64,000 nt of DNA from Rebecca billardiae RCC1528 (Eukaryota; Protista; Haptophyta): contig OZ251229.1 of assembly GCA_965240325.2 (NCBI GenBank), positions 868,001 to 932,000 on the forward strand, given 5' to 3'. Positions 1 to 11,393 of this stretch are shown here, one piece after another. The notes beneath the pieces are model-generated. The model ran no database searches. It had not been told where the DNA came from and was given only the letters and a program-made list of their open reading frames with translations. The translations under genes and the position numbers were made by a program. Each line of letters begins with the position of its first letter. Within the stretch, counting starts at the first letter, position 1.

Positions 1-3000
1 CGTTGGCGGGACGCCGTAGATGGAAGTGAAGACGGCAGTGTTGGTCACCGAGAGGGCTCGTGAATGCAGGCCGTCGCGCGACAAGTCGCCCTGAGGCTCG
101 GGAGGGGCTCGCACGTGTGGCACTGGTGGGTGGGGCGGATACTCATCCGGAGCGATCAAAGACACAAATGGTTCGAGCACCGCGCGCGACGCGCGCTGGT
201 GTGTGCGGCTGGTCGGAGCTCTCGATCCGGTCGTTGACAGCAGAGAGGCCTGGGACCCAATCGCGCCCGACGGCGAGCGCCTGCGCGCGCTGCGCGAGCG
301 CGAGCGTGAGCGGCCCTTCCGCCCTAGGGTCGACGACAGCTCTCCGTGCAGCCGCTCGTGCTCGTCGTCCACGGTGCGCGGCAGCAGCGTGTTGCGCGCG
401 CGCCGATGCTGCGAGCCAGGTCTGTCGCGCGCATGCGCCTTGGACGTGTACGTGCCCGCGGGCTGATCGTCCAGCAGCTCTCGAGCCTCGAGCGTCAGCC
501 GACGCATGTAGCCCGCGTGGCTCTTCCGCGGCCAGTTTCGGTCGAGCTGCTGCTTTGATGCAGGGGGCAGGTGATCGGCCCTGCGGGCAGGCGCGCGCCC
601 TGGCCACGCCGGCTCCGTGAAGTAGTCCAGCTCGGAGGGGTGCCTGGCGAGCAGCTCGCTGTAGTCCGGCTCGATTGGTGGTGGCGGCACTCCGTGCCAC
701 GCTTCGCTCGGCTCCTCGGCGGCGTGCAGCGCCGAGAGCTCGTCGCGCAGCGCGGCGGCTGCGGCCACCTCCGCGCGAGCCACAGAGGTCGTGGGCGGCG
801 CGACCGGCGACGGCGGCGCTGCCCCCGCCCCCGCCTTGGCATCCGTCGCCGGACGGGGCAGCTCCACCTCGGTGAGCGCATGCCCCGTGGCCGCTGCTGC
901 TGGCGCGCCCGGAGCGTGCTCGCCCGGCCTTTCGAGGCCAACTTCTGTCGATGGGGCCGTGGCCGCTCGAGCAGCTGCGTGCGCGACCTCTGCAGCCTGC
1001 ACGCGCGCCGATGCGTCCTCCCAGACACCCTCGACGTCGCCTTCTGCCGCGCTGCGCTGCGTCTCCGCTCCCGAGCGCTCAGGCGCTCCTGCAGCCAGTG
1101 CCAGCGCAGCTGCCGGCGCAGCTGCCGGCGCAGCTGTCGGCGCAGCGCTTGCGTCTGCAGACGGCGCTGCTGCAGCCGGCAAAGTGGCAGCAGCTGGCGA
1201 CGATGCAAGCTGCGCCTCGACTGCTCCTGCGGCGTCGCGTACACCATCGCCAGCTGGCGCCAGCGGCGCATCAGCACTGCCATCTGCGTCGCCGTCGTGC
1301 ACGAGCACATCCGTCATCGTCGGATCATCGTGCTCGTCGGCTCCGAGAGGCGTCGGCTCGGCCTTCGCCGTTGGCACGCCGGCTGGCGCGCCAGCTGGCG
1401 CGCTCGCCGCGGCTTCGGCGGCCGCCGCGCTCAGCGACTCTGCTGGCACCTGCGGGTCATTCGAGGGTGCCCCAGCGGCAGGTGCTGCTGCAGGCGCGAC
1501 TGCGACGTGCCCAGGGACAGCGCTCCGACGAGACGCTCCTGCGCCATCGGAGGAGGCAGATCGCGGCGAGATGGCGACATCGGTGGTCATGGCAGCGACC
1601 GGGCTCGTGGCGGAGGTCGTGAGTGCCGGCTCATCCGTTTGCGTGTCGACGCTGACGCCCGCACGCGCGACGTGCAAAGAGGGCTCGGTGCTTGTCGACG
1701 TGGCGACCGCAACCCCTGGGCCGCCAGCGGGCATTTCGCCCGCAGCAGCGTCGAACACGACAGCAACAGTTTGCGGCAGCACCGTCGCGCGCGGCTCGCC
1801 TTGTGCTGGCGCTGCCTCGGGCGCGTCGGAATCGCAATCGGCAGCTGCCTCCGGCTCAGCGATGCTGGCGGCGGCCGCTGCCTCGGGCGCGTACGCATCG
1901 GCCGCTGCCTCGGGCGCTTCGGCGTCGAACGCGGCCTGCCCGACATTGCGGGCCTTTTCCGCCGCCTCAATCTCCCTCTGCATCGCCGAGCGAAGTTCGG
2001 CTGCGAGCTGCTGCGCCACAGCGCGCCGCTGTGCGGCCTGGATCACGACTGCTGCGTGGCGCTGCTCCTGGAAGCTCCGCAGCGTTGTGTGCGCGTGCCA
2101 CGTGGTCTGCACATACGATGCGGCGAGCGACCGCTTGAGTTCGGCCGCCTCCGCCGCGGCCGCGTTCGCCTGGTCAGCGCGCGCGCTGTGGCCACGCCAC
2201 ACGCGCTCAATCTCGCGAGCAGCCTCGACCTCTCGCGCTCCGCTCTGATCAGGAGTGACCCGCGCGTCGGTGGCAGCATCACCGGCAGTCTCAGCCCTCG
2301 TCGCCGCAAATGAGATTCGGTGCGCTCGGGTTTTCGAGCGAGCCACGGCAGCTGCGCTCTGCGGCGAGCGGGGCGGAGGACCGTGCAGCTCGAGCTGTGT
2401 GCGGTCTCGCATGCCTCGAGTGCGCGACTGGATGCGGACGGCCGACATGAACCATGTGCGCGCAGGTGACTCGACAATGTTGACGAGCGCGTCGGCGGCG
2501 CATGTCTTGAGCCACTCGTTCTCATGGTCCGAAAGGTGCGAGAAGATCCCCTCTGCCCGCGCCTCGTACAGCTTGCCGTACAGGTCGGTGTCCTGCGCAA
2601 TCCAGACCGAGGATGTGATGTTCTCGATGCCGGCGACAGCGTAGAATTGCACATTCGCGCTCTGAGATTCGAGGAGAGCCAGCATGAGGTCGAGCCCACC
2701 ACACTGCACGATGGTGTCTGCGCCCCCGATGCCGGCGAGGTTGACGAGCCCCGAGAGCCCCGTGCACAGCAGCTGCTCGTTGTCGTCGTGCTCATACATT
2801 TGCGCCATGAACGGCACATACTCGTCGAGCACACCAGAGTCACGCACGGCAGACGCAACGACGAGTGCGCCCTCGCCGCTCGCGCTCTCGACGATGGCCG
2901 CAAAGTCGACGATAGCCTGCGTTTGAGCGGTGGTCGTCGACGACGAGTCCTGCAGCTCCGTGCGCAGGTCACGCATCAGCTCCTCGATGGAGTGCACGCT

Positions 3001-3192
3001 CGCCTCGAGCTCTGGCGTCATGTAGTATGAGAAGTCCGACGCGTCCGTGAAGGTCGAGCCCTGGGCGAGCTCGGGCGTGCGCTTCCCCGGCGTCATGGGC
3101 GCGTCAATGCTGCCCTCGCCCGATGCCCTTCTGGCCGATGCGGCTGCGTCATCGGACGGCGGCGCCTCTGGCGAGGAGGCGCTGGCGACCAT
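1..3192 (-). CDS. Large ARM-repeat-like + IQ-motif protein with Ala-rich linker; 3' end lies outside the window
   Basis: Missing from the ORF track because its stop lies outside the window. The minus frame aligned with + frame 1 was open in every segment I translated from ATG 3192 to position 1. It has an ARM-like block (LSGLVNLAGIGGADTIVQCGGLDLMLALL...VQFYAVAGIENIT) and IQ-like motifs (IERVWRGHSAR, VQTTWHAHTTLR, IQAAQRRAVAQQ). The + ORFs 571..2313 and 2524..3030 are its antisense shadows. Confidence 0.7.
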   Translation of the reverse strand, partial: MVASASSPEAPPSDDAAASARRASGEGSIDAPMTPGKRTPELAQGSTFTDASDFSYYMTPELEASVHSIEELMRDLRTELQDSSSTTTAQTQAIVDFAAIVESASGEGALVVASAVRDSGVLDEYVPFMAQMYEHDDNEQLLCTGLSGLVNLAGIGGADTIVQCGGLDLMLALLESQSANVQFYAVAGIENITSSVWIAQDTDLYGKLYEARAEGIFSHLSDHENEWLKTCAADALVNIVESPARTWFMSAVRIQSRTRGMRDRTQLELHGPPPRSPQSAAAVARSKTRAHRISFAATRAETAGDAATDARVTPDQSGAREVEAAREIERVWRGHSARADQANAAAAEAAELKRSLAASYVQTTWHAHTTLRSFQEQRHAAVVIQAAQRRAVAQQLAAELRSAMQREIEAAEKARNVGQAAFDAEAPEAAADAYAPEAAAAASIAEPEAAADCDSDAPEAAPAQGEPRATVLPQTVAVVFDAAAGEMPAGGPGVAVATSTSTEPSLHVARAGVSVDTQTDEPALTTSATSPVAAMTTDVAISPRSASSDGAGASRRSAVPGHVAVAPAAAPAAGAPSNDPQVPAESLSAAAAEAAASAPAGAPAGVPTAKAEPTPLGADEHDDPTMTDVLVHDGDADGSADAPLAPAGDGVRDAAGAVEAQLASSPAAATLPAAAAPSADASAAPTAAPAAAPAAALALAAGAPERSGAETQRSAAEGDVEGVWEDASARVQAAEVAHAAARAATAPSTEVGLERPGEHAPGAPAAAATGHALTEVELPRPATDAKAGAGAAPPSPVAPPTTSVARAEVAAAAALRDELSALHAAEEPSEAWHGVPPPPIEPDYSELLARHPSELDYFTEPAWPGRAPARRADHLPPASKQQLDRNWPRKSHAGYMRRLTLEARELLDDQPAGTYTSKAHARDRPGSQHRRARNTLLPRTVDDEHERLHGELSSTLGRKGRSRSRSRSARRRSPSGAIGSQASLLSTTGSRAPTSRTHQRASRAVLEPFVSLIAPDEYPPHPPVPHVRAPPEPQGDLSRDGLHSRALSVTNTAVFTSIYGVPPT

Positions 3193-3397
3193 TGATGCCC
3201 CCTCGTTGTCGGGGTCCAGAAGCCCCTTGGCGCTCAGTGAACGAGGGTTCGGGGAAACCGACGTCGTGCATGGCTCCGTCAATCCAACCCATCATCGTCG
3301 TCTTACCATACATTACTGTATACTCGAGATCGAGAGCTCGGTACATTAGCGGGTTTTCCACATGGTGCAGTGTGCACGGCTTATGCTCGGTTAAGTA

Positions 3398-3448
3398 GTA
3401 CTGTCGCCTGCCTGAGCTGTGTGCGTCTCTTATTCTTAGTAAACTGTA
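3398..3448 (-). mobile_element. Solo Tc1/mariner-like transposon end, type A (TA|CAGTTTACTAAGAATAAGAGACGCAC...)
   Basis: Exact reverse complement of the 51 bp at 26206-26256. Shorter copies at 41235-41263, 59252-59277 and 20582-20600. Begins TA-CAGT, as IS630-Tc1-mariner ends do. Confidence 0.65.
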
Positions 3449-4565
3449 GTAGGTGGGCTGCAACTACAGATCGCCCTTAATCACCTTCTAAGTTCTAGTA
3501 GTATCAGTGAAGTTCATCAGTCATTCTGCGGGCGGGTGATGTAGCAGTACTAACCCCCAGTTTCCAGGTCTCTCTTCGGAGAGCGTGCGATGAAGGATGG
3601 CGCGGCAACCTGCCACCGTGAGCCTTACGCGCACGTTAAAACAAATAAACTGTACATGTAGATGTACGATCGATCGATGTCAATTTGTCATGTCCGCCCA
3701 TGCACGATGTGGATGACCTCCCTGCCACCGACCTTCCGTGTCACATCACATGCGTCTTGGTCTTGGACAGCCGGAGGTGGCCGACCGGTGTAGCCACAGA
3801 CAAGGCCAAGGGCGGTAAGGGCTGTCAACTCCCAGTGGCGCCGAGTGGCGGAGGTTCAGGGCCCGTTAACTCGTGCGGCCTCCGGCGCGCAGCGGCCAAG
3901 TCTCCTGGGCCGCCGCCCTGGAGCGGCCGCGGACACTCACACGGCGCGCGCGGTTGCGGGTTGGTCGCCTGCTAGCTAGACAGCATGTAGTACCCTCCCA
4001 CCCCGCGCGCCGCGCTCGCCGGCGCCCTCGCCGTGCCTCAGTCCAGGCGCGTACGCGCGTCGCACCAATGGCCAGCAGTGGCCACGCGCCAGCCGCCGGT
4101 CCGGTCGGCGCGGGTCGGGCGCGCGCCCGCCGGGGCGAGGCTTACACGTATGAACTATTTAATTATTAATGGGCGGCGCGCGTGGGGCATGAAGCAGGCT
4201 TCGTGTGCGGCGGCATCACTAGCGCGAGCTCACTGACTGGGTCCGACCAGCCTATGCCACCTATCAGACCGCAGTCAGATCCCCTCGCTTACTTATGCGC
4301 ACGCATAAGTTACTACTGTGCTGACTCTGCATGACTAATGGGCAGTAGGTTACTCTGTTTCATTACTTACATCTAGCTATATATGTAGTAAGTACTTTAT
4401 CAGGTGACACTGACTGTCTGACAGTACTCGGAGGCGCACGTCCGTCAGTGACTAGTGAGTGCACTCCGTGGGTTCAAGGGGCACGCATGGTATGTTGTCG
4501 TCGCATTCCAACCCCGGCTACAGCCTCATGAAGAACATACGCCATCGGGCATTCGGGCATCTCAC

Positions 4566-5381
4566 TCAGGGCGTGGCACCATGGAGCCGACCGACAGTCC
4601 GATACGGCGCATGCTGCCGCGTCGAGTGGTAGGACGGCGTGGGCACGGTTGCTGGGGTGCCATGTGGCGGATGGGGCGGAGGGGAGTGCCCCTGGTATCG
4701 GCCGGTCGCGACAGCCCATTCCGGGCTGTCCTGCACTCGTGGCCCCGAAAGGTGGCTTCGCGTCGGCTGCATCATCGCAGCACTGTACGCGGAGCTGTCT
4801 GCGGCAGCTGCAGAGCCAGTCGGCTGCGCAGAGACCACTGAGTCCAGTGCAACCACGTCGCCGTCCTCGCGCGCCTTGAGGAGCTCCAAACGAGCGAGCG
4901 CCACCGTAGTGCGCTCAACAGCGTGCAGCGCTTTCAGCCGTTTCTGTTCGAGCACCAGCTGCCGCTTCTCTGCGCGGAGCTGAGCGACCTCAGCTGCCTG
5001 CTCAGCCTCGAGCGCACGGTACAGCGCAGCCTGCCGCTCGCGCTCAGCTGCGGCGGTGTACTGCGATCGTCGTCGGCGTGCGTGTAATGCTCGGCTCACG
5101 CGCAGCTCCTCGCCAACGCGCTCGTGCCTGGCCACGAGATCGGCCTGGTAGGGTGATTTGCTCGTGTGCCGCTCCGCATCGCCCCCCACCATCCGCGCGG
5201 AGATGCGCGCGTACGCCTCGCGCTCGCGAGTAGACGTCGCGCTCAGCTGAGAGAGCTCGGCTGCGCGACGAAAATGGTCGTCACCCACATCGCCTGCTCG
5301 ACGTGGGGGGCGGATTGGCGTGCCCCCATCGTAGAAGGAGATCTGCCGCACGGGCGAGGGGGAGCTGCCCACGGGCGGCAT
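4566..5381 (-). CDS. Hypothetical coiled-coil protein
   Basis: Part of ORF 4566..5510 with the likely start at MPPVGSSPSP. The central region is charged and helical (AAAERERQAALYRALEAEQAAEVAQLRAEKRQLVLEQKRL). Confidence 0.6.
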   Translation of the reverse strand: MPPVGSSPSPVRQISFYDGGTPIRPPRRAGDVGDDHFRRAAELSQLSATSTREREAYARISARMVGGDAERHTSKSPYQADLVARHERVGEELRVSRALHARRRRSQYTAAAERERQAALYRALEAEQAAEVAQLRAEKRQLVLEQKRLKALHAVERTTVALARLELLKAREDGDVVALDSVVSAQPTGSAAAADSSAYSAAMMQPTRSHLSGPRVQDSPEWAVATGRYQGHSPPPHPPHGTPATVPTPSYHSTRQHAPYRTVGRLHGATP

Positions 5382-5569
5382 GGGCGATCTCAGCTCACCT
5401 CGTCTGGACACAAGAAACAGCCAAACAGGCGAGGCACGTAACGGGTGTTGCAACAAAGAAAGCACGCACGTGTGCGCCAAGAAGAAGTAAGCACTGCGGG
5501 GGGCAGCCATCGTATTTGCCTGCTCTTGCCGCCGACGGCCGGCAGGCGGCAGTTGGAGGGGGCGCGCAC

Positions 5570-6556
5570 ATGCTGCCGACGAGCGCGCAGGATCGGCGCG
5601 CGAAGCGACGGCTGCGGCCCGCGCAGCTTGCAGGCTTGGCCGCCGTCATTCTCGCCGGCTGCGTCCTCGCCTGGAAGCTCAGCTCCTTCGAGCGGAGGAT
5701 CGCGTCATACGTTGCGCGCATGGACGTGCTCTTGGAACGCGTGCGCGCGCGAGCCGCGCACCGAGGCGCGGGCAACATCGACTTGCCCGTTTACTACGTG
5801 AACATGGACGCGCACGCAGATCGACGCGCGCGAATCGAGGCCAGGCTGAAGGAGATGGGCCCGCCACCGAGCATTGTGCGCGTTGCTGGCGTGAATGGCG
5901 CCGCTCACATGGCCAACGCTCAGGTGCACTCCGGGTTTGGCTGGGACTCTGCTGGCGAGCTGGGCTGCACGCTCTCGCACTTGGCGGTCGCCCGTCAGTT
6001 GCTACGAGATGGGCACGCCGCCGCGCTCGTCCTCGAGGACGACGCGCACCTCGGTCTCGTGCCGCTGTGGCCGCTGAGCGCGCGTGGCCTGACCAACCTG
6101 CTGCCTCCTGGCTGGACGACCCTGCAGCTGTACCACGGCACGGGCGCCGAGTTCGAGCCCGAGCTCAAGCACGGCGCACAGGCGGTGCTCACGCCGTACG
6201 ACCTGAGCGCGACCGTGCGATCGCCCGGCACCGTCGCGTACGTGCTCTCGCGCGAGGGTGCGAGCGCGCTGCTCGCGCTCACAGACCACGGCCGCGGGGT
6301 GCATCGGGATCGCCTGCGCACGCGCGACGGACGCGCCGACACGGTCATGTACGAGTTCCCCGGCGCCCTGCCATACATTGTGTGGCCCCGTCACATATTT
6401 CCGTACAACGACCTGTCGCACGCATCCTCCACCATCCACGCCACGGCGAGCAAGCACCACCTGTGGCACGTGCGGGTTGCGGCGTCGGTGCTGGAGCGCG
6501 CAACCGCATTGTGGCTCACGCAGCGGCTGTCGTTGACACTTTCCACGCAGCCTTAG
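5570..6556 (+). CDS. Glycosyltransferase family 25, type II membrane protein
   Basis: N-terminal TM helix plus GT25 motifs YYVNMDAHADRRARI, GELGCTLSH, ALVLEDDA and GTVAYVLSREGA. Confidence 0.85.
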   Translation: MLPTSAQDRRAKRRLRPAQLAGLAAVILAGCVLAWKLSSFERRIASYVARMDVLLERVRARAAHRGAGNIDLPVYYVNMDAHADRRARIEARLKEMGPPPSIVRVAGVNGAAHMANAQVHSGFGWDSAGELGCTLSHLAVARQLLRDGHAAALVLEDDAHLGLVPLWPLSARGLTNLLPPGWTTLQLYHGTGAEFEPELKHGAQAVLTPYDLSATVRSPGTVAYVLSREGASALLALTDHGRGVHRDRLRTRDGRADTVMYEFPGALPYIVWPRHIFPYNDLSHASSTIHATASKHHLWHVRVAASVLERATALWLTQRLSLTLSTQP

Positions 6557-6896
6557 CACGCTCAGTCATTGTCGTCCAAGTGATCTCCAGCGGATGGACG
6601 ACATCAAATGGCGATGCTCTTCGATCGTCTGTTTCACGTCCGTGCGCATCATCAGGCGTTGGCTGCGAGTGTATATTTAGTCCGATCGCATTATTATAAT
6701 TACAGTAGAACTTTGAAAACTCTCCTGCCCTGCTTGCTAATTTATAATTATTCATATATATATAATTATAAAAGCAAAAGTATATCATTGTTATTATTTG
6801 TAATTGTATGGTTACTTGAGTCTTGACTCCGACGGCACACGGCTCGGCGGCGCGACCGGTCAGGGCGCCGCCCAAAATACATTACATACATGTCAT

Positions 6897-8620
6897 GGCC
6901 CGCGGTGCAGGGCGGAGCGCGCAGCGTGGAGCCCGCTCCGTGGGCACTAACCACGTTTCAAAAAGATCTTTGATCAAAGAAAAAAGGGACGGGGGACGAT
7001 TTTCAGGGCTGGAGGAGACCGAATTTCGAATTTTGAGACCGCAAAGAGACATCCATTAGCGAGAAATGGGCACGTCCGGCTTGTTTGTATTCAGAGGAAT
7101 CAACGAAACCCACGTCCAAGTGTGCGAGGGTGGGTAATTGTGGGTAGACTGTGACCATAGTAAATAAGCACATGACCATAGTAAAACAAGCCTCGCTGGG
7201 CACCGCTACTAGGCGCGCGCCAGACACGGAGCGCGCGCACCAGTTGCGTCGCGCTGCGCACGGCCACGGAGCATGCGCGACGAGATCGCGGCGGGGGCGG
7301 CGAGATCGCGGCGGGGGCGACGGGCAACAACCTGCCCGCGGGCGCGTTCGTCACTCGAGGAGCAGCGCGCAAGGGCGAGCCGAGTCCGGAGCACGCGAGC
7401 TCGTCGCTCGCCGCCCGGAGCAGAGCGCGCCGCTGCGAGCGAGCGGCGCGGCAGATGAGCCGGATGCGCCCGGAGCTCGCGCGGCTGAAGGGCGAGCTCG
7501 AGCACGCGAGCTCGCGCCTCGACGCCGAGCGCGAGCTCCTCCTCAACTCGGTCGACGGCGGCGCGGAGGTGCAGCAGCGTGAGGACGAGCAGGAGCATCA
7601 GTGAAACGCGCGCCGGTTCCGGGTCGCGCAGCGGTGCCCAGCTGCCTGCCACGCGAGCGGCGGCCACGTGGCGCGAGGAGCTGCGTGGGGAAATCGCCGC
7701 GCGCGTCGACGCGGCGATCACCGGGCTGCAGGCCTCGGCAATCGACGCGGTGCGCACCCTCGCCGCCAGCCGCGACGACTCCGCCGTCGAGCTGCAGCAG
7801 CTGCGCGCGCAGATGCCAGAAGTGCCGATGGGCGGCGGCGTATCAGCAGGCTGACGTGCACGAGCACGTGACACGCGGAGGCGCTAGGCGCCAAGCTGGC
7901 GAAGTGCGGCGCCGAGCTCGACGAGCTGAGCGACGCGGCAACGGACGCGCTGGGCGCCCGCGCCGCCATCGTCGCGGCGCCCTCCAGCAGCTCGAGCAGC
8001 TGTGGATAGTTGGCCGTCGAGGCGACCGCGGGTGTGACTCACAGTGTGAGTGAGCCGGCGCGCGGCTCAGCCTGCCGCTGGCAGCCGCCGTCTTCGAGGC
8101 CGACGCGGCGGAGGAGGCGGCGGGCGAGCACGGCGGCGCGGTGGAGCAGGCGCGCACGCGCGGCGGCAGGCGCGACGCGCCGCTCGCCTCGTTCCACCGC
8201 CCCGAGCTCCGCTCGGTCGGTCTCGGTGCGAGGCTGCGCAGCCGGCAGGCCGGGGCCAGCAGTGGCGCGCGCTCTCGCTCTGCCGGCACGAGCGACCAGC
8301 GGCCCGTCGTCGAGCGCATGGCGCAGGGCGAGTACCTCAAGCAGGTGCGCCCGCTCGCGCGCACGCGCCGGCTCGCGCCGCGCCAGCGCCTCTCGCCCTG
8401 CGTGCGCGCGCGCGCCGGCCGCTAGTCCCCGCGGCGGCCCGCGGACCCGCGGCGACAGTCCTCGGCCCGCCGGCCCGGTGGGCGGCAGTGACTGAGTTGG
8501 CGGTGGCAGCTCAGGCGAACTGTTACACATGTCAGACCGAGACAGCAGCCGACGGAGGGTGCGCCGCGGGCCCCGAACTACGTTCGTTCTACGGAAAAAG
8601 ACCGCGGAACGCGGTCATAT
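6897..8620 (+). mobile_element. Non-autonomous Helentron/Helitron2-like element, family B, copy 1
   Basis: Homologous to 46376-48294 (minus) at both ends and over much of the interior. 5' GGCCCGCGGTGCA (6897-6909), inverted copy near the 3' end (8560-8572, 1 mismatch), then hairpin GACCGCG-GAA-CGCGGTC (8600-8616). The interior carries a degenerate coiled-coil coding fragment. Confidence 0.7.
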
Positions 8621-8631
8621 ATACAGTATGG

Positions 8632-9858
8632 TCAAAGCTCGCTCCGAGAGCGCACGAGCATGCCGACAACCGCCTCGGACTCCGGCCCCTCGTCCTCTGA
8701 GAGGTCCGACTCCGCCTCATCGCAGTCCGGTGACGTGCCCTGCTCTGGCGAGCTCGGCAGGAGCGGCTCGGGCGAGGCCGTGGGCAGCTGGCTGCGCGTG
8801 CTGCGTGCCCTGCGCATGGCTGCTGGAATGCCGTGCACGCCCGCTGCGCCCAGAAAGGTGAGCAGCACGCCGGCGACGCGGGTTGGTGTGGGCGCGTGCT
8901 GTGCGAACGTGAAGGCACCCACTGCGTCAAGCGCGAGTGACGCCGCGAGCTGTCCGGCGAGCACGCACACAAAGAAGAGCGTGAGGCCGAGACGCGGGGG
9001 CAAGATGACGGCGCACGTGACGTACGCGGCACCGACCAGCCCACCGGTGTACATCCACGGCGACGAGCGCGGCACGCCGTGGGTGAGTAGTGCCGGGTCG
9101 GTTGCCAGCGCGCCGATGAGCGCGGGCACAAAGAACGCCGCCGACACGAGCAGCGATGCCGCTGAGGCGTACTGCTTGTGGTACTCGGATGAGTAATCGA
9201 CGAGCGCCTTGGACAGGCTGCCGTTCACCGTCGCCTGCACGGGCCGCGCGCAGCCCGGCATGACCGCGATGATCGCGGCGAACAGCAGGAGCATGGGCGC
9301 GCGGCCGTCACGACTCCCGGCAGCAGCACGTCTCGCCGTGAGGAGGTCGGCCGACGCGAGCAGGGTCCCGCCCAGCGCGCACGCGGCGCCGGCGGCCTTG
9401 AGCGGGGTCAGCCGGCGCTGCTGCGTGAGGAGGAGGCCTGCGTGCTCGATCGAAAGCGTGAATATCACCTCGGTGACGCTCTCGATCACGTTGGTGACCG
9501 TGCCTCCGAGGATGGTGACCAGCACCATCTTGGCCATCAGCGAGATCACGCCGATCAGCCCGCCCGTCCACTCCCACCACAGCGTGACGCGCGTGACGCG
9601 GTGCAGCGGGATGAACCAGCCCGGCCCGACCTTCACGCGCAGGTATCCGCACATGATCAGCGCGCCGGTGAACATCGAGCACGCGCCTGCCACGATGAAG
9701 TTGCCCAGCGCGACGCCCAACGACGAGTTGACGCCCGCCTGAACGACGTGTGCGGCGCCGATGACAGTCGCCACGGCGGCGTACGAGAGCGCTGGCGTGC
9801 CACGTGCGACCGAACCGCCGCCTTTCAGGCTCGAAGCCGTGTTTGCGTGCTTCTTCAT
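8632..9858 (-). CDS. DMT-superfamily transporter, YdcZ/DUF606 type, two tandem domains
   Basis: Two repeats of QAxVNxxL (VVQAGVNSSLG, VQATVNGSLS), plus PWMYTGGLVGAAYV...PRLG...GQLAASLALDAVG. About 10 hydrophobic helices. Confidence 0.8.
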   Translation of the reverse strand: MKKHANTASSLKGGGSVARGTPALSYAAVATVIGAAHVVQAGVNSSLGVALGNFIVAGACSMFTGALIMCGYLRVKVGPGWFIPLHRVTRVTLWWEWTGGLIGVISLMAKMVLVTILGGTVTNVIESVTEVIFTLSIEHAGLLLTQQRRLTPLKAAGAACALGGTLLASADLLTARRAAAGSRDGRAPMLLLFAAIIAVMPGCARPVQATVNGSLSKALVDYSSEYHKQYASAASLLVSAAFFVPALIGALATDPALLTHGVPRSSPWMYTGGLVGAAYVTCAVILPPRLGLTLFFVCVLAGQLAASLALDAVGAFTFAQHAPTPTRVAGVLLTFLGAAGVHGIPAAMRRARSTRSQLPTASPEPLLPSSPEQGTSPDCDEAESDLSEDEGPESEAVVGMLVRSRSEL

Positions 9859-10066
9859 GGCGTGCGGTGTCGCGCGGCCGCGCCTCGGCGCGCGTCGAGG
9901 TGCTGCGCACACCCCGACGAGCAGCAGCTCGATCGGAGCAGCCGTCCCCGCACTGGGGAGTCCGGAGGACGCGGCTGGCCGCTGGCAAGCCGGGTCCGGA
10001 CGCGCTTCGAGCCGGCTGCCATTTTTAATTACGGAATCGGCCCGTCCCCGCGTCTCGCTTGCCAGC

Positions 10067-10990
10067 ATGCTCGCCACGCTCAGCCTGTGCTCGCTTGCGT
10101 ACGCCCCGGCGGCGCCGGTGGCGGCCCGCGCGGTGGCGCCGGCCCGGTGCAGCATCAGCGCAGGGATCCCCGGCATGGTGGGCGATTGCGCGCCCCTGGG
10201 CTTCTTCGACCCTCTGGTACGCGCACGGCCGCGCTCGCCGCACGGCTCTGGCGCGATAGAGCGCACGCACCGCGGCACGAGGGCGGCACACGTACTGAGG
10301 GTTGCGGCCGGGCGCCCTGTGTGCGTCCACAGGGCTTCTCGAAGGACCCGGAGAAGGCGAAGCTGTACCGCGAGGCCGAGCTCAAGCACGGCCGCACGGC
10401 CATGCTCGCCGCGTTTGGCTACCTGACGACGGCCAACGGCTTCCACCCGTACATTGACGCGATGGGCGTGGCGCCGGGCGCGACCCCGCTCGCCGATGCC
10501 GGCAGCATCCCGGGCGTCGCCTGGTTTCAGATCTTCGTGCGCGCTCGCGCGCCCGCCCGCCTGCCCCCCCCCCCCGATCACGCGCCCTGCCGGCCCCACC
10601 GAGCGCGGCCAAGCCATCAATCAGCCCGCGGCCAGCTTGCAGCACGCCTGCACCCGCCGTGGAGCCGCCTCTGGATGCGCTGGGCGCGCTCGCTCTGCTC
10701 GCTCGGCGCGCGTCCTCACCGGGCGTGGCCCGCCGTGCGTCCGGCGCACGCGCCACCTCGCGCAGGCCCTCTGCGCCGCGATCGAGGGCTTCACCACCCT
10801 CCTCTCGAAGAACCCGGGCTACAAGGCGGGCGACTACCTCGGCGCGTCGGAGTACATGGACGCGGACGACCTCGGCTGGCAGCGCTACCAGCTCGCGGAG
10901 CTGAACAACGGCCGGCTGGCGATGATGGGCATCATCGGCCTCATCTACGAGTCGGCGGCGTTCGACAAGTTCTTCGTGCTCGGCAACTAA
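10067..10990 (+). CDS. Light-harvesting chlorophyll a/c (fucoxanthin) binding protein, LHC; exons 10067-10216, 10333-10536, 10766-10990
   Basis: Motifs APLGFFDPLG, EAELKHGRTAMLA and ELNNGRLAMMG. Two GT..AG introns give an in-frame ~192-aa product. Signal peptide ends in SLA-YAP, ASAFAP-like. Confidence 0.93.
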
Positions 10991-11393
10991 GCGGCTCCGC
11001 AGCAGTACTGTAGGGTTGCGTGGCGTCACCGTCGAGCTGGCTGGGACTTGAGATTGAGTGGCACGGGGAACCGCGCGACGACCGTTGATGATTGTCAACA
11101 TTGCTGATTATCGTCAAATGACTGATGAGGGGCGCCGTTCGACTGCTGGCCAGCAGTCGACGGTCGATGAGCTCATCGGAGCCTGATTACCAGTCCGTCA
11201 GAATCTGAGGAGCGCAGGTCCACCGACCACCCGACGGGGTGCACCACCCTGGCGGCTGCGGCTGCGCCGAGTTTCAAGATGCAGGAACCGAGGCACGGCC
11301 CGTGCGCACGCCCGATGCTGGGCCCAGTGCGGGTGGCCGACGACGCGCCACTACACCACACCGCCACCCACCGGTCGTTTGCTTACTGTATTT

